DNA from: Acidimicrobiales bacterium
Lineage (GTDB): Bacteria; Actinomycetota; Acidimicrobiia; Acidimicrobiales; Bin134
Reading direction: 5' to 3'
Length of the DNA: 64,000 nt
Assembly (NCBI GenBank): GCA_965115985.1
Contig: OZ220474.1
Coordinates: 2,974,707-3,038,706, forward strand
Part shown: piece after piece, positions 23,417 through 30,911 of the stretch
How the letters are laid out: the number at the start of each line of letters is the position of its first letter
How positions within the stretch are numbered: position 1 is the first letter of the stretch
Position numbers and translations under genes: made by a program
Notes under the pieces: model-generated
Database searches by the model: none
What the model saw: only the letters and a program-made list of their open reading frames with translations
What the model was told of the DNA's origin: nothing

Positions 23417-24349
23417 GTGATGAAGACTCGGATTACCGAACTCCTGGGCATCGATATACCGGTCGTGCAGGCCCCGATGGGCTATATCGCCCGATCCCGG
23501 TTGGCCTCGGCGGTGTCCAACGCCGGAGGCATGGGCATCATCGAGACCTCCTCGGGCCGGCTCGACGACATCAAGGGGGAGATCGCCCGGATGCGCGACC
23601 TCACCGATCGCCCGTGGGGGGTGAACATTGCCCAGCTCCTGGTGCCCGACGCCACCGTCATCGATTTCGTGATCGAGCACGGTGTGAGGTTCGTGACCAC
23701 CTCGGCGGGCGACCCCGGCCGGTTCACCACCGTGCTGAAGGACGCGGGAATCACCGTCTTCCATGTGGTGCCCACGCTGCGAGGAGCCCGCAAGGCGGTG
23801 GACGCCGGGGTGGACGGCCTCGTCGTCGAGGGGGTGGAGGGGGGTGGGTTCAAGAACCCTCATGGCGCGTCCACCATGGTGCTCGCTCCGCTGGTGCGGG
23901 CCTCGGTGGAGGTGCCGATCATTGCGGCCGGGGGGATATGCGACGGGGTGTCCATGGCGGCCGCTCTGGCACTGGGTGCCGATGGCGTGCAGATGGGCAC
24001 CCGGATGCTCTCGGCCGCGGAGTCGCCGGTACACGACAACTGGAAGCAGGCGGTGGTGGAAGCCGCCGAGACCGACACCGTGGTGCTGAACCGGTTCGGT
24101 CGCCCCGGAATGCGGGCGCTGCGCACCTCGCTGACCTCCGAGATGGAGCACCAGGATCAGGTATCGATGCCCGGTCTGGACCGGCTCATGGATCAGTATT
24201 TCGGCGGACGGATGGACGTGGCCGTTCCCTTCGGGGGCCAGGTGATGGGGCGCATAGACGAGGTACGTCCGGTGGCCGACATCCTGGGGGAGGCCTGGGA
24301 GGAATGTCGCCGTCGCCTGTACCGACTGGGCCGGGCTGCTTCGGGATAA
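23417..24349 (+). CDS. Nitronate monooxygenase (NMO / 2-nitropropane dioxygenase family, FMN-dependent)
   Basis: ITELLGIDIPVVQAPMGYIA...LASAVSNAGGMGII...GVDGLVVEGVEGGG...IAAGGI.DG. The start is GTG 23417 or ATG 23420. Confidence 0.9.
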   Translation: MMKTRITELLGIDIPVVQAPMGYIARSRLASAVSNAGGMGIIETSSGRLDDIKGEIARMRDLTDRPWGVNIAQLLVPDATVIDFVIEHGVRFVTTSAGDPGRFTTVLKDAGITVFHVVPTLRGARKAVDAGVDGLVVEGVEGGGFKNPHGASTMVLAPLVRASVEVPIIAAGGICDGVSMAAALALGADGVQMGTRMLSAAESPVHDNWKQAVVEAAETDTVVLNRFGRPGMRALRTSLTSEMEHQDQVSMPGLDRLMDQYFGGRMDVAVPFGGQVMGRIDEVRPVADILGEAWEECRRRLYRLGRAASG

Positions 24350-24413
24350 TCGGGGCGATGCCGCCACTCGTCCTGCGGTTGCCCGTTCGGGTCTCGGTCG
24401 GGGAACCGGGCTG

Positions 24414-25640
24414 ATGCCGTCCTTCGTCCGGTCGCCCCTGGCCCGGCTGCTCGGTCCCGATCCGAGAGGGGTGATCCAGTCGTTGGGGGCGCTGTGCGCG
24501 CTCGCGGTGACCAGCGTGGTTGCCGGGGTGGTGCTGGGTCGCAGCCACCAGCGACTGGCCGAGCTTCCCGGCCTGCTGCTGCTGGTGCCGGCGGCCATCG
24601 CGCTGCGGGGCAACATCTTCGGGGCGCTGGGCAGCCGGCTGGGAACTGCCATTCATGCCGGCACGTTCCGTCCGTCGCTGCGGTCGTCGAGCGTGGTGGG
24701 TCGAAACGTCTGGGCATCGATGGTGTTGACCCTGGCCCTGTCGCTGGCGCTGGCCCTGCTGGCCTCGGCGGTGGCGTCCGGTACCGGGGTGGAGGGGGCC
24801 ATCGGCGTGGCCGACTATGTGGTGATATCGGTGGTGGGGGGGACGCTGGCCTCGGTGTTCGTGCTGCTGGTGGCGCTGGGAATGGCCACCGGATCGGTGC
24901 GGTGGGGTTTGGATCCCGACAACGTGACCGCGCCGATGGTCACCGCCGCCGGTGACGTGCTGACCGTGCCGGCGCTGTTCTTGGCCTCCTATCTGGTGCG
25001 GCGCGACGTGGTGACCCCGGTGATCGCCGCCGCGGTGGCTGTGATCACGGTGATCTCGCTGGTTGCGGCCGTCCGGTCCGGGGGGCCCCGGTTGCGGGTC
25101 GTCCTACGGGAGTCGATCCCGGTTCTGGTGCTGGCCGGGGTCCTGTCGCTGATGGCCGGGGTCACGGTGGAGAACCGGTTCGAGGTGTTCGTCGCCCACC
25201 CGGTGCTGCTGGTGATGGTGCCCGGTTACCTGGCGGTGGCGGGAGCGTTGGGGGGAATCCTGGCCAACCGACTGTCCAGCAAGCTGCATCTGGGTCTGAT
25301 CGGTCCCTCGCCCCTGCCCCACCGGGGGGCCCGGGCCGACGTGGGGGTGACGTTCGGGTTGGCCGTGCCGGTCCTGGGGTTGGTGGCCCTGGTGTCGCAG
25401 TGGGGTGGGTTCCTGTTCGATCTGGCCGGGCCGGGAACGGGCCGGTTGGTGGCGATTGCCCTTATCGGTGGGGTTCTGTCGGTGGTGGTGGCCGTCACGG
25501 TGGCCTACTACGGGACGATCGCCGCGGTGCGGTTCGGGGTGGATCCCGACACGGTGGGCATTCCGCTGGTGACCGCGGTGCTCGATCTGGTGGGGGCTCT
25601 CACCCTGGTGTTCGCCATAGCCGCGGTAGGGGTGGGATGA
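24414..25640 (+). CDS. MgtE-like divalent cation transporter, tandem membrane domains (SLC41-like), no cytosolic sensor domain
   Basis: 408 aa, polytopic. The MgtE TM-domain signature LPGLLLLVPAAIALRGNIFGALGSRLGTAIHAG is repeated in the second half as VLLVMVPGYLAVAGALGGILANRLSSKLHLG. Confidence 0.75.
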   Translation: MPSFVRSPLARLLGPDPRGVIQSLGALCALAVTSVVAGVVLGRSHQRLAELPGLLLLVPAAIALRGNIFGALGSRLGTAIHAGTFRPSLRSSSVVGRNVWASMVLTLALSLALALLASAVASGTGVEGAIGVADYVVISVVGGTLASVFVLLVALGMATGSVRWGLDPDNVTAPMVTAAGDVLTVPALFLASYLVRRDVVTPVIAAAVAVITVISLVAAVRSGGPRLRVVLRESIPVLVLAGVLSLMAGVTVENRFEVFVAHPVLLVMVPGYLAVAGALGGILANRLSSKLHLGLIGPSPLPHRGARADVGVTFGLAVPVLGLVALVSQWGGFLFDLAGPGTGRLVAIALIGGVLSVVVAVTVAYYGTIAAVRFGVDPDTVGIPLVTAVLDLVGALTLVFAIAAVGVG

Positions 25641-25770
25641 GCCCGGCGGCCGATCGGCTCGGTGGGCCAACCCGAACCGCCCCACCTACACGATTTGGAC
25701 GTAGGGGTGGGATGAGTCCGGCGGCCGGGCCCGACGGCGGCATGAATGACTAACTTGGAGGGACTCCACG

Positions 25771-26997
25771 ATGGACGATAAACCCCGCAATCTCCGGGCC
25801 ATGCTCGCCGAGGCCAAGGATCTCTCCGAGCTCATGGTCGACCTGGCCTATGCCGCCCTGTACTTCGGTGATCCCGATATGGCCACCGAGGTGGACAACC
25901 TCGAGATGCGCATGACCGAGCTGGTCCAGGACATGCGGGCGGTGTGCATCATGGCGGTGCGCCACCCGAGGGAGGCCGAGGGCATGTCGTCGGTGCTCCA
26001 GGTGATCAGCGCCATCGAACGGATCGCCAACGATGCGGTGGACATCTCCCGGATCGTGACCCGTCGGCTGGGAATCCCGGCCGAGCTGGTGGCCGACATG
26101 TCCAGCGCGGAGGAGGTCTCGCACCGGCTGGTGGTGCGGGAGGGGTCCCACATGGCTCGCCGTCCCCTCGGGGATCTGGAGTTGCCGGTGGTGGCCGGGA
26201 TGCGGGTCATGGCAATCCGGCGGGATCGGAGCTGGATCACCGATGTGGGCGGCACCCAGCTCATGATGCCCGGCGATGTTCTCTTCCTGCGGGGTTCGCC
26301 CGCGGGGATCACGCGACTGCACCAACTGGCGGCCGCGCCCGGGTGGGAGGAGCCGGTCGCGCCCGAGGATCCATGGATCTCCGATCTGGATCGGGCGGTG
26401 GACGCCTTGGTGGAGATGAAGGATCTGTCGGAGGCCGCGGTGGGGCTGGCCTACTCGACGCTGGTGCTGAACGACCGGGGTCTGGCCGTGGAAGTGCGGC
26501 ACCTGGAGACCCGGCTGGACGAGATGAAGCACCAGTTGGAACTGTGGGTACTGCGGGCCGCGGCCGACAACATAGATCCCGCCCCCCTGCGAGGACTGCT
26601 GCACCTCGGCCAGGCGGCCGAGGACATCGGGGATCAGGCCCGCCAGATGGTCTCGTTGGTGGAGCAGGGGGAGGACGTGCATCCGATTCTGGAGATCGCC
26701 CTGGGGGACTCCGACGAAGTGGTGGTGGATCTTCCGGTGGCGTCGGGCAGCGAAGCCGATGGCGCCTCGCTGCGGGATTTGGCGCTGAGCATCGAACCGG
26801 GCTTCACCGTTCTGGCCATCCGCAGGGCCGGCCGCTACATCTACCACCCCCGGAGCCGAGCCGTGCTGGCGGCCGACGACCGGATCATCGCCTGCGGCCC
26901 CGACGAGGGCCGCGAGGCCCTGTCCGCCCGCCTCGGTTGGAACCTGGTGCGCGAGGAGGAGGGCCTGGAGGACGAACTCCAGCCCCTGGAATCCTGA
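25771..26997 (+). CDS. Cytosolic regulator with duplicated PhoU-like + TrkA-C (RCK-C) domains
   Basis: Two halves, each a helical PhoU-like segment (DLSELMVDLAYAALYFGD and DLSEAAVGLAYSTLVLND) followed by a TrkA-C-like segment (G..L.DL.LP...G..V.AIRR...). Confidence 0.7.
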   Translation: MDDKPRNLRAMLAEAKDLSELMVDLAYAALYFGDPDMATEVDNLEMRMTELVQDMRAVCIMAVRHPREAEGMSSVLQVISAIERIANDAVDISRIVTRRLGIPAELVADMSSAEEVSHRLVVREGSHMARRPLGDLELPVVAGMRVMAIRRDRSWITDVGGTQLMMPGDVLFLRGSPAGITRLHQLAAAPGWEEPVAPEDPWISDLDRAVDALVEMKDLSEAAVGLAYSTLVLNDRGLAVEVRHLETRLDEMKHQLELWVLRAAADNIDPAPLRGLLHLGQAAEDIGDQARQMVSLVEQGEDVHPILEIALGDSDEVVVDLPVASGSEADGASLRDLALSIEPGFTVLAIRRAGRYIYHPRSRAVLAADDRIIACGPDEGREALSARLGWNLVREEEGLEDELQPLES

Positions 26998-27075
26998 GCC
27001 GACTGCCCAGCAGTAATCTCCATCAGCAGGTCGAGCGGTGCCGCGTCAAAAGTCCGGGGCCGGTAATTTCACGAT

Positions 27076-28347
27076 GTGAGCGACGTCGCCCCTGCCTCCA
27101 CCACCGGGGTGTTCGCGTCGCTGTCCAATCGGAGCTACGCCATGTTGTGGTGGTCGGGGTTGGTGGCGTTCCTCGCGGTGGGCATGCAGATCCTGGCCCG
27201 GGGTTGGTTGGCCATTCAGCTCACCGACAGCAACTCCAGCTTTGCCCTGGTGCTGCTGGCTTTCGGCGTGGGCATGGTCACGGTAACCCCGTTCGGGGGG
27301 GTGGCCGCCGACCGGTTTCCCCGCCGGGCGCTGATACTGGGTTCCCACGTATCGCTGACCCTCAGTGCGGTCGGGATCGGGGTCATGGTGGTGCTGGGGC
27401 AAGAGCAGTTCTGGATGCTGCTGCTGGTGTCGTTCGTCCAGGGGGCGTCGTTCGCGTTCATGGGCCCGGCCCGGGTGGCCATGACCGGAGAGGTGGTGGA
27501 GCGCGAGCTTTTGTCCAACGCGATATCGCTCACCCAGCTCACCGTGGCCAGCACCCAGACGATCGGCCCCGCCCTGGCCGGAGTGCTGGCCGACACGCCC
27601 GGCTTCGGGCTGTCGGGGGTGTATCTGCTGAGCGCGGGCCTCACCGCGGTGGGGACGATCCCGGTCATGCTGCTGCCGGTGTCGCGTCCGAAGCAGCGAG
27701 AGGCTCGCAGCCCCTTCGAGGAGATCGCCGACGGGGTGTCCTATGTCCGACGGAAGCCCTATTTGCGAGTGGTGGTTGTCTCCACCGCGCTGATGATCAT
27801 CGCCGCCCTGCCCTATCTGGCGTTCCTCCCCAAATTCACCGAGAGCGTGTTCGGAGTGGGAGCGCTATGGCTGGGCATCCTCCAGGGGGCCAACGCTCTC
27901 GGGGGCACGGTCACCGCGCTTCAGGTGGCCCGGATGCGGGACAACACCAAGCTCTGGCGACTGCGGGTCACCAGTGGGATCGCGGTGGCCGGCGGCGTGG
28001 CCGTCCTGGCCGTCACCCCCAATCATCTGGTGGCGTTGGTGGTGTTGTTCGTGCTGGGGGGCGCGGCCACCACGTTCCAAACCGCCAACATGTCGATGTC
28101 GCTGCTGCTGTCCGAGCCGGTCTACCACGGCCGGGTGCAGAGCCTGCTGATGATCGCGTTCAGCGCCCAGAGCCTGATCGCGTTTCCGCTCGGCGTTCTG
28201 GCCGATCGGATCGGGTTGCGGGAGATGCACGGATACATGGCCGCGGCCACCGTCCTGGTGGTGCTGTGGTCGGTGGTTGCCGGCCGCACGGCCCGCCGTC
28301 AGACCCGGGCGGCAGCCAGGGACCGGACGACGGGGGCCGGTGGTTAG
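27076..28347 (+). CDS. MFS transporter (EntS/MFS_3-like)
   Basis: 423 aa with about 12 predicted TM segments. N-terminus: LSNRSYAMLWWSGLVAFLAVGMQILARGWL...GGVAADRFPRR. Confidence 0.85.
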   Translation: MSDVAPASTTGVFASLSNRSYAMLWWSGLVAFLAVGMQILARGWLAIQLTDSNSSFALVLLAFGVGMVTVTPFGGVAADRFPRRALILGSHVSLTLSAVGIGVMVVLGQEQFWMLLLVSFVQGASFAFMGPARVAMTGEVVERELLSNAISLTQLTVASTQTIGPALAGVLADTPGFGLSGVYLLSAGLTAVGTIPVMLLPVSRPKQREARSPFEEIADGVSYVRRKPYLRVVVVSTALMIIAALPYLAFLPKFTESVFGVGALWLGILQGANALGGTVTALQVARMRDNTKLWRLRVTSGIAVAGGVAVLAVTPNHLVALVVLFVLGGAATTFQTANMSMSLLLSEPVYHGRVQSLLMIAFSAQSLIAFPLGVLADRIGLREMHGYMAAATVLVVLWSVVAGRTARRQTRAAARDRTTGAGG

Positions 28348-28425
28348 GCTCGGGCGTTGACCGCCGTCAGACCCGAGCAGCCAGGGATCGGACGACGGTA
28401 TCGGGCTCTTAGGCTCGGGCGTTTA
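28293..28425. repeat. 65-68 bp x2 tandem duplication spanning the stops of two convergent genes
   Basis: ccgccgtcagacccg occurs at 28293 and 28361. ttaggctcgggcgtt occurs at 28344 and 28409. Copy 1 carries the MFS TAG (28345-28347) and copy 2 carries the TAA of the minus-strand methyltransferase (28409-28411). Confidence 0.9.
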
Positions 28426-29251
28426 CCAGCCAGGCGGCGGCGCCCATGACGATGCCGTCGGGAGTCCGACGGCGCTCGACCATGGTGCCGAGGGCGGCCT
28501 TGATCCGGTCGATCACGTGAACCTCGGCGTTCTCGGGGATGGTCGTGGCCGGCAGGAGGTCGATGTAGTAGCGAACCAACTCGTCGGTGGTGCCGTCGCC
28601 CACGGTCACCGGAAGGTCGTGGGGGGTGATGTCGATGTCCACCAGCCCGGCCTCGGTGAGGGTCGAGACGATGCGGTCGGCGGAGGCCAGCGAGAACGGC
28701 CCGGGAGCATCGGGATCCATCGGCTCGGGTGGCCCCAGCACCTCGGCCACCACCCGTCCCGGCTCGGTCACCCAGGAGTTCTCGTCGGGCGACCGCCAAC
28801 ATATGAAGCTCAGCCGCCCACCGGGTTGCAGTGCCCGCCTGAGGTTGGTGAATCCCGCCACCGGCTCGGCGAAGAACATGATTCCCATTCGTGAGAAGGC
28901 GGCGTCGTGGCACCGGGGCTCGAACTCGTGGACACTGGCGTCGGCCACCACGAACGACGTGTTGGCCATCCCGGCGGCCTCGGCCCGGCGACGAGCCTCG
29001 GCCACCATGGGTGCCGACACGTCCACCCCGGTCACATGGCCGCCCCCGCCCACCAGACGGGCCAGTTCCAGGCTGGTGGTGCCGGTACCGCAGCCGATGT
29101 CCAGCAGATCCTCGCCCGCACCGGGGTGCAACCGGGCGATGGCGGTCTCCCCCAGGGGGGCGAGCATGGAATCCAGCCTGTTCCGGTGCTCCACCCACAC
29201 CCGTCCCCGATTGTTCCAGTAGTTGCGCAGCGCCTCGGCCTGGTCGGGCAT
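28409..29251 (-). CDS. Class I SAM-dependent methyltransferase
   Basis: LLDIGCGTGTTSLELARLV (motif I) and Methyltransf_11-like spacing of later motifs. Confidence 0.85.
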   Translation of the reverse strand: MPDQAEALRNYWNNRGRVWVEHRNRLDSMLAPLGETAIARLHPGAGEDLLDIGCGTGTTSLELARLVGGGGHVTGVDVSAPMVAEARRRAEAAGMANTSFVVADASVHEFEPRCHDAAFSRMGIMFFAEPVAGFTNLRRALQPGGRLSFICWRSPDENSWVTEPGRVVAEVLGPPEPMDPDAPGPFSLASADRIVSTLTEAGLVDIDITPHDLPVTVGDGTTDELVRYYIDLLPATTIPENAEVHVIDRIKAALGTMVERRRTPDGIVMGAAAWLVNARA

Positions 29252-29279
29252 CCCCCCAGTCTGTCAGACCACCGGTATG

Positions 29280-29412
29280 GGTGGGTACGTGTACCGATGC
29301 TCCAACACCGGGGCCGGTGGGTACATGTACTGGGTACTCCAGGACCGGGACAAGTGGGTGCGTGTACCGATACCCTGTAGCGGGATTGGTGGGTGCGTGT
29401 ACCGATACTCCT
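29280..29412. repeat. Four direct repeats (period 35-37 bp) with GTAC-rich palindromic cores in a divergent promoter region
   Basis: The copies are ggtgggtacgtgtaccgat (29280), ggtgggtacatgtactggg (29316; GTACATGTAC is a perfect palindrome), agtgggtgcgtgtaccgat (29353) and ggtgggtgcgtgtaccgat (29388). Confidence 0.9.
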
Positions 29413-29425
29413 GCGAACCCGAGGG

Positions 29426-30334
29426 ATGGTCGGGCTACAGTCGCTCCCAGTGAAACCTGCTTCTTTTGAATACCACGCTCCCGAGACGGTGGCCGATGCC
29501 GTCTCCCTGCTGGCCGAGCACGGTGACGAAGCCAAGCCTCTGGCCGGCGGCCAGAGCCTGGTGCCCATGCTGGCCATGCGCCTCACCCGCTTCGAGCATC
29601 TGGTGGACCTGAACCGGGTGGACGAGCTGTTCGGGGTTGCATCGGTGGACGGCGGCGTGCGCATCGCGGCCATGACCCGCCAGGCCGACGTCGGAACCGA
29701 TCCCGTGGTGGCCGAGCGGGTGCCGCTGCTGCGTCTGGCCACCCCCCACATCGGTCATTTCCAGATTCGCAACCGGGGCACCATCGGCGGCTCGCTGGCC
29801 CACGCCGACCCGGTGTCGGAGTATCCCGCAGTGATGCTGGCGCTGGACGGCACCGCGGAGATCGCATCGGCGTCGGGCACCCGGGAGGTGCCGGCGGTCG
29901 AGTTCTTCGAGTCCACGTTCGCCACCGCGGTGGCCGCCGACGAGCTGCTGGTGGCCGTCCGGTTCCCGGCCTGGGACCAGCCGGCCGGGTTCGCGTTCGA
30001 CGAGATCGCCCGCCGCAGCGGCGACTTCGCGTTGGCCGGTGCCGCGGTGGCCATGGGTCTGGACAGCACCGGCCGCATCGACCGGGCCGCGGTGGGCATG
30101 CTGGGGGTTGGTCCCACCCCGCTGAGAGCCCCGACGGTGGAGGCGGCGTTGATCGGCCTGACCGTGGCCGATGCCGACCCCGCCGAGATCGGGTCCCTGG
30201 CAGCCGACGACATGGAACCGGTGGGTGATGTGCATGCCGGGGCCGACTACCGCCGCCGGGCCGGGTCCACCCTGGTGGGCCGGATCCTGGCCGACGCTCT
30301 CGCCCAGCTATCCCAGGAGGCAAACGGTGGCTGA
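29426..30334 (+). CDS. Molybdenum hydroxylase FAD-binding (medium, CoxM/XdhB-like) subunit
   Basis: KPASFEYHAPETVADAVSLLAEHGDEAKPLAGGQSLVPMLAMRL...IRNRGTIGGSLAHADP. The start is ATG 29426 or GTG 29450. Confidence 0.88.
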   Translation: MVGLQSLPVKPASFEYHAPETVADAVSLLAEHGDEAKPLAGGQSLVPMLAMRLTRFEHLVDLNRVDELFGVASVDGGVRIAAMTRQADVGTDPVVAERVPLLRLATPHIGHFQIRNRGTIGGSLAHADPVSEYPAVMLALDGTAEIASASGTREVPAVEFFESTFATAVAADELLVAVRFPAWDQPAGFAFDEIARRSGDFALAGAAVAMGLDSTGRIDRAAVGMLGVGPTPLRAPTVEAALIGLTVADADPAEIGSLAADDMEPVGDVHAGADYRRRAGSTLVGRILADALAQLSQEANGG

Positions 30335-30818
30335 TCCCGTCCCCCTTTCCATGACCGTCAACGGTCGAACCCGGCGAGGGTCGGCCGAGCCCCGGTTGAC
30401 ACTGGCCGACTTCCTGCGGGAACAGGCCCTGTGTACCGGGGTCCACCTGGGCTGCGAGCACGGGGTGTGCGGCTCTTGTACCGTGCTGGTGGACGGCCGG
30501 GCGGTGCGCTCCTGTCTGCTGTTCGCGGTGCAGGCCGACGGGGCCGACGTCACCACCGTGGAAGGGCTCGCTCCCGACGAGGAGACGCTCCATCCGGTGC
30601 AGGAGGCGTTTCGTGACTGCCACGGCCTCCAGTGCGGGTTCTGCACCCCGGGTTTCGTGATGTCGGTGACCGCCTTCCTCCGGGCCAATCCCGACCCCTC
30701 CGACGAGGAGATCCGCCACGGCATCGCCGGCAACCTCTGCCGCTGCACCGGTTACCAGGGCATCGTGGCCGCCACCCGCCAGGCGGCCGCGACCATGAGG
30801 GGAGACAGCCATGAGTAG
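30327..30818 (+). CDS. Molybdenum hydroxylase [2Fe-2S] (small, CoxS-like) subunit
   Basis: The GTG at 30327 follows a CAGGAGG Shine-Dalgarno and overlaps the upstream stop. Cluster motifs are CEHGVCGSCTV and GLQCGFCTPG...CRCTGY. Confidence 0.92.
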   Translation: MADPVPLSMTVNGRTRRGSAEPRLTLADFLREQALCTGVHLGCEHGVCGSCTVLVDGRAVRSCLLFAVQADGADVTTVEGLAPDEETLHPVQEAFRDCHGLQCGFCTPGFVMSVTAFLRANPDPSDEEIRHGIAGNLCRCTGYQGIVAATRQAAATMRGDSHE

Positions 30819-30911
30819 GGGAGACAGCCATGAGGCCAGGCGGCCGCGACCATGAGGGGAGACAGCCATGAGGCCAGGCGGCCGCGACCATGAGGGGAGA
30901 CAGCCATGAGT
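30779..30911 (+). repeat. Complex 19/38/57-bp tandem repeat of the small-subunit stop / large-subunit start junction (ATGAGTAG)
   Basis: ccaggcggccgcgaccatgaggggagacagccatgag occurs at 30779, 30836 and 30874. gggagacagccATGAGTAG occurs at the first copy (stop used at 30816-30818) and at the last copy (ATG used at 30906). Confidence 0.92.

Noticed and set aside
25944-28412. 822-aa plus-strand ORF overlapping the PhoU/TrkA-C and MFS genes in another frame
   Set aside because: It is an off-frame shadow. Its composition is dominated by G/R/P/A and it crosses the intergenic gap between two well-supported genes.
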